A stretch of DNA of 64,000 nt from Emiliania huxleyi CCMP1516 (taxonomy: Eukaryota): the NCBI RefSeq assembly GCF_000372725.1, contig NW_005201144.1, forward strand, positions 62,001-126,000, written 5' to 3'. Position 1 is the stretch's first letter; every line of letters begins with the position of its first letter. Below are positions 11,601 to 26,595 of the stretch, one piece after another. The notes beneath the pieces were generated by a model, which was not told the origin of the DNA, ran no database searches, and was given only the letters and a program-made list of their open reading frames with translations. Made by a program: the position numbers and the translations under genes.

Positions 11601-13489
11601 ATCTCGAGGCGCTCAGGGCGGCGATCAACGCGAACACCGAAGTCGCTGACGGCTCGGAGGCGCTGCGGGCGGCGCGGCGGTTGCACGACGAGCTGGCGGA
11701 GCGAAAGGCCCGCGAGGCCAGGGCGCTGAAGCGACAGCGGCAGAAGGAGGAGAAGGCGGCGGCGAGGCAGGCGGAGGCGGCAGCGCGGGCGGCGGAGCGG
11801 GCGGCGGAGCAAGCGGAGGAGGCGCGGGCCGCAGAGGAGGCGCGAGTGGCGGAGGAAGCGGATCGGGTGGTTGCAGAGGTTGCGGCGGCGCGGGCGGCGG
11901 AGGAGGCGGAGGCGGCATCGCGCGCAAGGGAGGAGGTAGAGGCGAGGGCAAGGGAGGAGGCGGCAAGGGAGAGGGAGGAGGCGAGGATGAGGGCGGAGGC
12001 GGAGGCGGAGGCGGCGGAGGCAGCGGCGGAGGCGGCGGCTGTAGAGGCAGCAGTGGCGGCCGTGGCGGTGGCGGAGGCTCAAGAGGCGGCGGCAGCGGCG
12101 GCGGCGGCAGCGGCGGCGGCGGCGGCAGCGGCGGCGGCGGCGGCAGTGGAGGCGGCGGCGAGTGTCGCCGTCCTCGCCGCTGCCGCCGCGCCGCCCGCCG
12201 CCGTCCCTCTCGACGAGCTCATCGCGGCGACCGACGGCTTTGCCGAGGCGCGCAAGGTGGGCGAGGGCGGCTTTGGGCGCGTCTATCGTTGCGACGCGCT
12301 GCCGTCGCTTCCGCGCGTCGCTTGCGGGTTCGCCGTCAAGACGGCGTTGGTCGGTGTCGGCGCCCAAGGCCTCGCCGAGCTGCAGAGCGAGGTGCGCACG
12401 CTCAGCGCGGCACGCCACCCGTCCCTGCTTCCTCTTCTCGGTGTCTGCTTGGCGCCGGCGAGAGCGTGCCTCGTCTACCCCCTCTGCCGCGGCGGCAGCC
12501 TCGAGGACCGCCTCTACCGCGCTCCAGCCGCGCTGCAGCGGCTCCGCATGCTCGGCTTCGAGACGCCGCCTCCGCCGCTCTCCTCCGCCGCACGGCTCCG
12601 CGTGTTGCACGACGCAGCGAGCGCGCTGCACTACTTGCACACGCTCTCCCCGATGATCCTGCACCGCGACGTCTCGGCGGGCAACATTTTGCTCGACGAG
12701 CGCGGCAACGGCTACCTCGCCGACGTGGGCCTCGCGCGCGCGGCAGAGGCGACGGCCGGCGGCAACCAGCAGGTGTCGCACCTGTCGACGCAACGCATCT
12801 TTGGGAAGCCCGGCTACATGGACCCGATCATCATGCAGGACAACCAAGCTTCTCAGCTGACCGACGGCTATGCGCTCGGCATCACGCTACTCGTCGCCCT
12901 GACCGGCCGCGGCGCCGTCGGCTTGCTCAACGCGTGCGACGATGCGCTGGAGGAGCCCGACACGGCGGAGAGCATCGCGGCGGCCGACGCGGGCTGGTCG
13001 GCGGCGCAGGCCGAGGAGCTGGCGCGGCTGGTGGTCGGGTTGGCGTACGAGCGGAAGAGGAAGCGGATGCCGCTCACAGTGGCGCTGCCGCGGCTGGAGG
13101 CGCTAGTCGAAGCGGCGGGGGAGGTGGAGGAGACGGCTGAGGCCGAGGAGCGCCTGTGTGACCTCTGCTGGGACGCGCCGCGCTCTGTCCGCTTCGCATG
13201 CGGCCACGCGCTGTATTGCGAGACGTGTGCGCAGCGCGTGCTGGAGCGCGACAGCAACTGCCCGGCCTGCCGCCAGCCGGCGCTGCCCATTGCCGCAACT
13301 GGGCGGTTGGTGGCGGCGCAGACGACGTTTGTCCACCAGCCGCCCCCGCGCCCCGCGCCCCAGGCTCAGCCCGTGGGCGCCACGGCGGCAGTCGGTAGGC
13401 GAGGGGGGAGAGGGGGGCGTGGACGTGGCGGGCGGGGCGGGCGGGGCGGGCGGGGCGCGGGGCGCGGCGGCTCTGCTCTTAGTCGTTAG
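8645..13489 (+). CDS. Ankyrin-repeat / SH3(KOW)-like / coiled-coil / IRAK-Pelle-RLK-type kinase / C3HC4 RING / RGG protein
   Basis: A single uninterrupted ORF. There are four ankyrin blocks (GxTALMxAA..GHE.VV.LL..GA.VN) and two GQRVVLGGLSSRPELNG..G...RYAV.L....VRVRP.NL modules. Kinase motifs: LDELIAATDGF..KVGEGGFGRVY, AVK, HRDVSAGNILLD, DVGLAR, GKPGYMDP. RING: CDLC..CGH..YC..C..CPAC. The tail is (GGR)n. Confidence 0.92.
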   Translation: MVSADSLSRFDAAVLVAERGEEEAVLAWLEGGGRADATYERGKVSGITLMMDAANNGHERVVELLMRHGAKVNHQSSDGLTALMAAAVNGHERVVDVLIRRGAEINLQDSDGGTALMFAAFFNRPAVVRRLLRAGADAAPIVNGKTALQLAKEKGHAECVEVLSEAAAAADGRAGAGVSSGAAVAAMDAPLLGQRVVLGGLSSRPELNGQRGVARSFEGGRYAVALKGGGESVRVRPGNLSPAAAPPSGGVAVSDEVVAAAGRGDEAAVLAWLDSGGRANATYEQGGVSGLTLLMRAARHGHERVVELLLQHGAEVNLQDSDGITALMFAALHGHERVVQLLIRHGAEINLQDSSGLAALMAAAGCGNERVVDLLMQHGADVNLRDIKGITAVMTAALFNRPAVVRRLLRAGADAAPTVNGKTALQLAKEKGHAECVEVLSEAAAAADGRAGAGVSSGAAAAAMDAPLLGQRVVLGGLSSRPELNGRRGVAQSFEGGRYAVALDGGGESVRVRPGNLSPATAAPSGGVAVSDEVVTAAERGEEEAVQAWLDSGGRADATYERDGVSGITLLMTAANYGHERAVELLLQHGAEINKQNSDGDTALMNAAVGGRERVVDLLIRRGAEINLLDRNGWTALMLAALFNRPAVVRRLLRAGADTAARSARGKTALQLAKDKGHAECVEAFKKHVQDMLAGRPTATAAGGAGAGGASSGGASSAESRVTETLSPAVAAGRASSGAAAVSDAIVAAAGRGEEAAVLEWLEGGGRADATYEQGGVNGVTLLMTAAVFGHLGVVELLLRHGAEMNLQNSNGSTALMYAAENGLEQVVDLLIQRGAEVNLQNSAGHTALVFAAINGHERVVELLIRRGAEVNLQDIKGYTALMYAALLNHPAVVRRLLRAGADAADGKTALQMAKDKGHAECVRAFEEHLSTAAEAGGETAAAESAEQAAAAAREAAAAAEAAEARDAAEAALREAVEACGRGNADLEALRAAINANTEVADGSEALRAARRLHDELAERKAREARALKRQRQKEEKAAARQAEAAARAAERAAEQAEEARAAEEARVAEEADRVVAEVAAARAAEEAEAASRAREEVEARAREEAAREREEARMRAEAEAEAAEAAAEAAAVEAAVAAVAVAEAQEAAAAAAAAAAAAAAAAAAAAVEAAASVAVLAAAAAPPAAVPLDELIAATDGFAEARKVGEGGFGRVYRCDALPSLPRVACGFAVKTALVGVGAQGLAELQSEVRTLSAARHPSLLPLLGVCLAPARACLVYPLCRGGSLEDRLYRAPAALQRLRMLGFETPPPPLSSAARLRVLHDAASALHYLHTLSPMILHRDVSAGNILLDERGNGYLADVGLARAAEATAGGNQQVSHLSTQRIFGKPGYMDPIIMQDNQASQLTDGYALGITLLVALTGRGAVGLLNACDDALEEPDTAESIAAADAGWSAAQAEELARLVVGLAYERKRKRMPLTVALPRLEALVEAAGEVEETAEAEERLCDLCWDAPRSVRFACGHALYCETCAQRVLERDSNCPACRQPALPIAATGRLVAAQTTFVHQPPPRPAPQAQPVGATAAVGRRGGRGGRGRGGRGGRGGRGAGRGGSALSR

Positions 13490-13983
13490 TGCTTTTACAC
13501 TTCATGAATCGCCGAGGGGCACCCGCACGCTCAGCGCAGGCGAGATCTAGAAAAGCCATACTGCATACACGACAGCACACAGGCTAGTGCCATTTCACTC
13601 TGACACGCTAATCTTGAAAAACGTCTCCAAGCTCCAACGTCGGAGCTCCCCGTGTTGCTTCCAGCGCCCTCCCCCGCGCTCCCTGCGGCCATGGCCGATA
13701 CTACTAGTATGAGAGGTCATCTGGCTACCGCGAGAGCGACCCAACTCGTCGACATCGTCCGATGATAGTGCCGCAAAGTCAGCCTTCGGAGGCTATCGTG
13801 GGGTCAAGCCGGCAGTAGCCGTGACATGTGGTTCCACCACCCCTCGTAGGCTTTGCCTCTGACCGCCACCACTTAGGCTCCGTTTTGTGGACGAGGCTGC
13901 GCCAATTCGACCAATTCGACCAATTCGGCCGAGGCCGCTGCCGCGGCCCCCCCGGCGCCTACGGGGCGCCCCGGGGCGCTCAG

Positions 13984-14580
13984 ATGGCCCTCGCCGCCCC
14001 CGCCCCCCTCCCCGCCGCCGGCGCGGCGCCCCGATCGCGCGTCGTTATCACCGAAGAGCTCGGAGACGTTCTCGAGACGCCTGTCGGTCCCGGCGAGGCC
14101 ATGTTGGTGAGAGCCGTGGCGGGTGCCGGCAAAAGCACCATGCTGGAGTTGCGGGCTCGGAGGAACCCCTTCCAGCAGTTCCTCTACTTGGCGTACAATG
14201 ATTCGGTGGCGGAGGAGATGTCTCAGAGGTTTGCCGACCTACCGAATGTCACCGTGCTGACACTGCATGCCCTTGCGTATGCCCACACGCCGCCTCAACT
14301 CACCGCCGAGATTGCGGATACGATCACAACGTCCGCAGCGGAGCTGGCGCGGTTCACGCGCACATCTCCCGCCGACTGGCCGCGAGATCGCCAGGATGAC
14401 GTGCTGCGCATAGCCGCTTCATCGCGTCGGCGGACACGGCTCTGTCTACAGATCACGCAGCGGAAGAGATGGAGCCGCTGCGTGTGGTGCAGGGGGCGTC
14501 GGCGCTGTGGCGGGCAATCGCCGCTGGCAACCACCCGCTCGACCACGATTGCTACATGAAGATGTTTCAGCTTGACTCGC
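13984..14580 (+). pseudogene. Truncated, frameshifted FBH1/UvrD-like SF1 helicase fragment
   Basis: Walker A AVAGAGKST, motif Ia LYLAYN and TLHALAY are present. After a frameshift near 14410 comes HDCYMKMFQL, which resembles FBH1 HDGYLKLWQL. There is no Walker B or downstream motif. Confidence 0.7.
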
Positions 14581-14619
14581 TATTAGCTACATTCGAGGTG
14601 CGTGCCGACAACTGGGTGG

Positions 14620-14790
14620 GCTCGGGCTCACATATTTGCTCGCATTGTACCCCTGCGAATTGTCTCTGATGAATGTGCGCCTCAAGAGATTTGAGCCATC
14701 CATGGTGGCAGCTGCGGCAATCCACCTCGCGCTGCACACACGCAACCGCTCCTCGTGGAGCGCGCATTTGACGGCACGCTATCGCATCTT
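14620..14790 (+). pseudogene. Cyclin C-terminal domain fragment (A/B-type)
   Basis: LALYPCELSLMNVRLKRFEPSMVAAAAIHLAL...W...L matches the Cyclin_C pattern LA.YL.ELSL......F.PS.+AAAA+.LA. No N-terminal cyclin box is present. Confidence 0.6.
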
Positions 14791-14839
14791 CTTAGTGACC
14801 GCACCTAAACCTCCTTCTCACAGCTGATTGATCCCTCTC

Positions 14840-15545
14840 TCCGCCCCTTCCTCCCTTCCCCGCAGCGCTGCCCACGGCACCATCTCCTGGTGCCCCGCTG
14901 CCGCCCCACCCGCCGCGCCGCCCGCCGCCGATGGCCCGGCCGCCACCGCCACCGTCGGCGGCCGCCTCCCGCCCACCCGCACCGCCGCCCCGGCCACTGC
15001 CACCCGCGCCGCCGCCTCGCCCAACGCCGCCGCCGGCCCACCCTCCCGCCCGTCGCCGCTGCCGCCGCGCCGCCGCTGCCGCCCTCCGGGCCGCCTCCGG
15101 CCCCGCCACCTGCCTCGCCGCCGCCCACGCGACTGGCCTCGCCGCCGCCACCGCCACCGCCCTCCCCACCGTCCTCCCCTCCGCTCTCACCGCCGCCGAC
15201 GCGCCGCCACGCCGCCTCGGCCTCCGCCCTCGCCGAGCCGTCGCCACCGCCCTTCTCGCCGCCTCTGCCGCCCGTGCCGCCTTGGCTGCCGCCTATTCCG
15301 TGGCCCTCGCCACCGCCGCCGCCGTCGCCGCCGCCGCCGCCACCGCTACCGCCGCCTCCCGCCCCGCCACCCCCTCCGACACCGTCACCCCCCCTCCCTC
15401 CCACCATCCCGGCCGGCCTCCTCCGTTCTAGCCCCAACTACCACACACCACCACCGACCTCCCCGCGCCCCCACACGCCGGCCCCGCGCACCCACGCCAC
15501 TACCATCGCCCACGTCGCCCTCCCGGCCCCCCACCCCGCGCCCCA
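14840..15545. repeat. (CCG)n/Pro-rich low-complexity tract
   Basis: Degenerate CCG/GCC triplets give overlapping Pro/Ala/Gly ORFs with no recognisable domain. Confidence 0.6.
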
Positions 15546-15967
15546 GGCTCTTCATAGCTCCGCTCGGAGCGTCCTGGCGCCGCCTCCCCAACCGCTGCGG
15601 CCCACGCGGCCGCCGGGCGGCGCGACGGCGGCTACCGGCCGGCATAGCCCTTCCAGCGCCGGCCGGGGGCTGCGGCGGCGCGCGGCGCGCGGCGGGCAAG
15701 CTGCCTGCTGGCGGGCGGCGCTTCTAGTCGTGATTTTAGTGCCGCGTAGGTCGCCCTTCGGCCACTTCTCGGGCGTGCGGCCGCAGCGCGGCGAGAAGGC
15801 GGCGCGCTCGGCCCGCTGGCGGAGGTGAAGCCCCCCAGAGCGGAAGCTGGCGGGCCGGGGGCGTCGGGCGGGTGCACGGCGGCACCCGTGCCACCGGGAC
15901 GGGCCGTGGTGGCCCGTGTGGCGGCCGTGAAGGGCCGTTTGGTGCGCCCCGGCGGCCTCCTGCACGG

Positions 15968-16500
15968 CGGCCGCCGGGGCCGGTTTGGACTGTGCTTGGG
16001 GGGGTGGAGGGGTCCGGTGGCCGGTGTGATGGTCGTTTATCACCCTCCTATCACCCACTTACCGCCCCCGGCCGTGGGGGCCTCTCCAGACGCCGCCATT
16101 TATGATTTCAAAGGGTCCTGCCGACGCTCATCACAGTGCGGCGGAGGGGCCGGAGCCGGCGCCGCGGAGGACGAGGATGGCCGTGGCGGACCGGGACGAG
16201 CTCTGGGAGGTTCAGTGTCAGTGAGTATATTGTAGAGGCCACCCATGTGCACAATATCTTGACTGAGAGCTAAGCCAGGGGAGGCGATGCCGAGGCCGTA
16301 CAGCAGCTTGATGGTGCTGCGCCGGCGTGCGTCCCGCCGGCCGCCGGGGCCGGTTTGGACTGTGTTTGGGGGGGGGGAGGGGTCCGGTGGCCGGTGTGAT
16401 GGTTGTTTATGGCCCTCCTATCACCCACTTACCACCCCCGGCCGTGGGGACCTCACCGGACGCCGCCATTCATGATTTCAAAGGGTCCTGCCGTCGCTCA
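15968..16500. repeat. Pair of ~163-bp direct repeats (15968-16130 and 16338-16500)
   Basis: Both copies read cggccgccggggccggtttggactgtg...cctcctatcacccacttacc...atgatttcaaagggtcctgccgNcgctca. Confidence 0.85.
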
Positions 16501-16810
16501 GTCCGAATCACAGTGGGGCGGAGCCTACCCTGCCGGGGCAGTCGGAGAAGGGGCAACTCCGTGTGCACTGACGGTCGGCCGTCAGAAAACACGCCTCCGT
16601 GGCTCGGGTTACACCAATCCTCGCTACCCAACGCGCGGCCAAAGGATATCCACCTCGAGAACCTCGAGAACCTCGAGAGCATGAGATGTATTTGCCGGGG
16701 CTCCAGCCTCCAGGCCCCAAATGTGTGAGTGTAGAGTTGTGTTTGCTATTGATTCTTCGAAGCTTGTACAAGGTCTGTAGTACACCGTACGAAAAAGGGC
16801 CGAGCTACAC

Positions 16811-22479
<5,669 letters not shown>

Positions 22480-22550
22480 TCGCGCCGAAGTCCGGCTCCG
22501 GAAGCGCAAAAGAATTTTGCACCTGTATCACGATCATCCGGCCCGCTGGG

Positions 22551-23410
22551 TGCGCTTCTTAGCTCCCCGGCCCTGGATGTGAGGCTGCCAACTGCACTCC
22601 AAGTGCTCCAAGTGCTCCCTGCACGACACCGGGTACGGGACTGGCACTGCAAAGGCGACGGCTTAGAAGCCGTCGCCCTCACAGATGCCGTCCTCCTCAC
22701 AGAAGGCGTCGTCGGAATGGTAGTCAGGCGGATGGTCGAATCCGCGAGCACCGTGGTGCTCGCCGAGAGGACCATCCCCATCATCCTCCGACTCCATCCC
22801 CTCCCCCCCCGTCGCTCCCGCCGCGCCCCCCGCCGGCGCCCGTCGCGGGACTTCCTGCCCCCCCCGCCAGCGCCGCGGGCCGGGCCGCTCCGCAACTCCT
22901 CCAGGTCCCCCTCAAAGAGGAGCACCCGTCCCTCCCTCACCCAATCCTCCCACCCCGGGAATGGGACACCGCAAACAGAACCGCGCCCAGCGTCCCAGCA
23001 ACGCAATCCCTCCCGCTCCCCCGCCTTGAACTCCGCCGCGAGCGCCGCGACCACCTCGTCGCGCTCCTCGACCGAGAGCCGCCTAAACGCCGCCTCCGCG
23101 GCCGCCCCGCGCGCGCCGAAGCCCTCCGGCCTCGATAGGAAGAAGTCGATGGGGTAAGCGCCCGGGTCAGAATCGCAGAGGTAGCGACGCAGCCGCGCCG
23201 CAATCGCATTGAGTCCAGCCTCGCATTCACTCACGCAGAGACAAGGCGCAGAAAAGAATTTTACAACGCAGCTCCCTCGCAGAAAAGAACGCTGCAGGAA
23301 CGCGGGCGGTGGGGGGCGGTGCAGCGCTCGCTGGCGCCTTCTGGAGCACTTGGAGCACTTGGAGTGCAGTCGGTAGCCTCACATCCAGGGCCGGGGAGCT
23401 AAGAAGCGCA
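22551..23410. mobile_element. ~860-bp non-autonomous element bounded by 68-bp inverted repeats
   Basis: 22551-22618 (tgcgcttcttagctccccggccctggatgtgaggctgccaactgcactccaagtgctccaagtgctcc) is the reverse complement of 23343-23410 with 2 mismatches. No transposase or clear TSD. Confidence 0.7.
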
Positions 23411-23530
23411 GAAAGAAAGAAAGAAAACAGACAAACCCAGACGAGGGATGGGGGAGGAGGACAGGGTCGTCCCCAGACCCCACCTGCACGAGCCAGGATT
23501 TTGGAAGGACGATCACAGGGGCACAGGTGG
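23411..23530 (-). repeat. Dispersed retroelement-like 3' tail
   Basis: gaaagaaagaaagaaaacagac...gagggatgggggaggaggac...caggatttt is shared with 5551-5625; the first part is also shared with 43342-43392. Confidence 0.55.
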
Positions 23531-23827
23531 GGCTCTCCTCCTCTCCTGCTCCTACAAGGGACACGCACGACAAGACAGACAGGCTCGCAGCGCGGTGCAC
23601 GGTGGGCTCCCAACTCCACTGGCGGTCTCATCTCAGTCTAGTGACCTGCCTCCAGCTTCCCGCTGGCAGTCTCTCACTACCACAGGCACACTGACACAGG
23701 GGTGGCAGGGGCGGCGGCAGGAGTCACCCACATTACTATGCGGGCCTCACTAGAGGTGCGTCCTGTGTCGTGTCCTCGTCCTTGATGTCTTGCGGGGGAA
23801 GGGGAATGGGCTGTGTGTCTGTGCATG

Positions 23828-23829
<2 letters not shown>

Positions 23830-23885
<56 letters not shown>
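23830..23885. repeat. (GT)n microsatellite
   Basis: Perfect TG dinucleotide run. Confidence 0.97.
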
Positions 23886-23889
<4 letters not shown>

Positions 23890-24410
23890 TGTGCGTGTGC
23901 TGTGCGACCCGCCCTGAACGACCACAATGGCGAGCGCGCCCGAGCACCGAAGCGCCGCGAGCGCCGGCGAGCACCGCCGCCCCGCGCCTTGGCGTGGAGC
24001 GGTAAGTACATGACGCAGCGCCCAGCATGCTCTATCATGCGTCGCACCCGCAGTGGCCGAGCCGACCGCCGCTCGAACTGGCGCCGAGTGGCTCCCAGAT
24101 CGAGCGCGGGAGGCTCAGTCGCACCCTCGCGGAGCGAGCGCCAGTCGAGCCGTCGCCGTTCGCCGCAGCCGTCAGCGCTAAGCCGGCAGCAGCCGGCCGC
24201 CGGCAGCCGGCAGCCGGCGGCCGGGAGCCGGCAGCCGGCAGTCGCCGTCGCTGCCGCCGCCGCAGCAGCAGCGAGCGAGCTCCTGCGTCGCGTTTTGCCG
24301 ACGCAGTGTGGACGCGCGCCGCCCAGCGTGCCCAGCGGACGGCGCCTGTAAACAGACAGCCGTCACAGCCCACCGAGCGGGCCGCCACATCGAAAATTCT
24401 TCTTTTTACG

Positions 24411-25850
24411 ATGTCCGACACCGCGCCGCTCCCGCCGCCTCGCCACAGCGCCGCCGCCGACACCGCAGCCGATCCCTCGCCAGACACGCCGCCGCCCACC
24501 CGCCTCCTCGACCTCCCCACGGAGCTCCTCGAGCGCGCCCTCTCTCACTGCTACAGCCCCGCCGACATCGCTCGCGTCGCGGCCGTCTCGCTGCTCTTCC
24601 ACGCCTCGCTTGCGGTGGAGGCCATCCGCTTGTGGGCGCAAGAGCGCGGCTTCGAGCTGCCGGCGCAGCCAGAGGGCGAGGGCTGCGCCGTGCGGTGGCT
24701 GTGCTTCTATGCCTTGCTGCGCGAGTCCAACCCGCCGGCGAGGGCGGCGGCAGGCTGGCAGCACAGCCTTTTCATTGACGGCGAGGGGCGGCTCTCGTCG
24801 TGCGGCAATTACAGGCCACCTTGGGACAGGCCAATCCCCGGACTGCTTGGCCACGGCGAGGGCGTGAGGCGGCTCAACACGCCGACCCGCCTCTCGTCGG
24901 CGCTGGGTGGCGAGCGTGCCGTGAGTGTGTCGGCGGGAGCTGCGCATAGCCTCGCCCTCACCGCCGACGGCAGTGTCTGGAGCTGGGGCGAGGGCAAGTT
25001 GGGCCACGGCGACGAGCAGAGCCAGCTGCTGCCCAAGAAGGTCGAGGCCTTTGCTGGTCAGCACGTCGTCGCTGTGTCGGCGGGAGCTGCGCATAGCCTC
25101 GCCCTTACCGCCGACAGCACTGTCTGGACCTGGGGCGTTGGAGGCTACGGCCAGTTGGGCCACGGCGACCGGCAGAACCAGCTGCTGCCCAAGGAGGTCG
25201 CGGCCTTCGCTGGGCAGCGCGTCGTCGCTGTGTCGGCTGGAGCCGCGCACAGCCTCGCGATCACCGCCGACGGCAGCGTCTGGAGCTGGGGCTATGGAGG
25301 CTTTGGCCGGTTGGGCCACGGCGACCAGCAGAACCAGCTGCTGCCCAAGCAGGTCGAGGCCTTAGCTGGCCAGCGCGTCGTCGCTGTGTCGGCAGGACTG
25401 CACCACAGCATCGCCCTCACCGCCGACGGAGCTGTCTGGAGCTGGGGCTATGGAGGCGGGGGCCGGCTGGGCCACGGCGACCTGCAGCAGCAGCTGCTGC
25501 CCAAGAAGATCGAGGCCTTGGCTGGTGAGCGCGTCATCGCTGTGTCGGCTGGACCCGACCACAGCATCGCCCTCACCGCCGACGGAGCTGTCTGGAGCTG
25601 GGGCCGTGGAGGCCAAGGCAAGCTGGGCCACGGCGACGAGCAGGACCAGCTGCTGCCCAAGAAGATCGAGGCCTTTGCTGGCCAGCGCGTCATCGCTGTG
25701 TCGGCTGGCCAGGGCCACAGCCTCGCCCTCACCGCCGACGGCGCCGTCTTTACCTGGGGTCAGGGTGGCACCGGCTGCCTAGGCCACGGAGAGGACCTGT
25801 CGAACCAGCTGCTGCCCCAGAAGATCGAGGTGTGGGCGCCGGGGCAGTGA
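24411..25850 (+). CDS. F-box + RCC1-repeat (UVR8/HERC-like beta-propeller) protein
   Basis: ATG at 24411. F-box-like [13 protein letters not shown]......[10 protein letters not shown] is followed by tandem RCC1 units [18 protein letters not shown]....G.LGHGD....LLPK.VEA. Intronless. Confidence 0.9.
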   Translation: MSDTAPLPPPRHSAAADTAADPSPDTPPPTRLLDLPTELLERALSHCYSPADIARVAAVSLLFHASLAVEAIRLWAQERGFELPAQPEGEGCAVRWLCFYALLRESNPPARAAAGWQHSLFIDGEGRLSSCGNYRPPWDRPIPGLLGHGEGVRRLNTPTRLSSALGGERAVSVSAGAAHSLALTADGSVWSWGEGKLGHGDEQSQLLPKKVEAFAGQHVVAVSAGAAHSLALTADSTVWTWGVGGYGQLGHGDRQNQLLPKEVAAFAGQRVVAVSAGAAHSLAITADGSVWSWGYGGFGRLGHGDQQNQLLPKQVEALAGQRVVAVSAGLHHSIALTADGAVWSWGYGGGGRLGHGDLQQQLLPKKIEALAGERVIAVSAGPDHSIALTADGAVWSWGRGGQGKLGHGDEQDQLLPKKIEAFAGQRVIAVSAGQGHSLALTADGAVFTWGQGGTGCLGHGEDLSNQLLPQKIEVWAPGQ

Positions 25851-26048
25851 TGAGAAGGGCGAAAGGGTGCAAGGCTCTGTGTAGCCGCGTCGCCCACGCG
25901 CCTGTTCGCCAAGGTATCCGAGAGTGGCGAGAGGCGCATCCGGGATGGAAGAGATTTTTGCAAGGGAGGGATGGCACTTGGAGACACGGCGTCCAATGCG
26001 TGCAACGGCAGTTCTTCCTTTTTAGCTTTTTTAATAAGAAGCTGTCCT

Positions 26049-26260
<212 letters not shown>

Positions 26261-26595
26261 ATGCGCCGGCGCGCGCGCACGTCGGTGTCTCGTGTGCACT
26301 CTCGGGCGTGCGCGCGCCGCGGCGCGGTGTGTGTGCTGTCCTCTGAAAAGATATCAGCGATTATCAACTTCAAGACGCTCGTGAATTACTGAACTTACGC
26401 TTAATGAACTACTTTATCAGGCAACTCCACTGACACCCGCGCAGGCGTCGTGCCACACGCAGAGCCCGGGGCGAGCGGCGAAGTTCCACTCAATCGACAC
26501 TCGTCCTTAGCTGCTCGTCCTACTCAAACTGGAAAGATCTCCGTGTGTAGCTCTCCCTCTTCCTTATATAGAGCCTGCGCCGCGTACGTCGCGCC

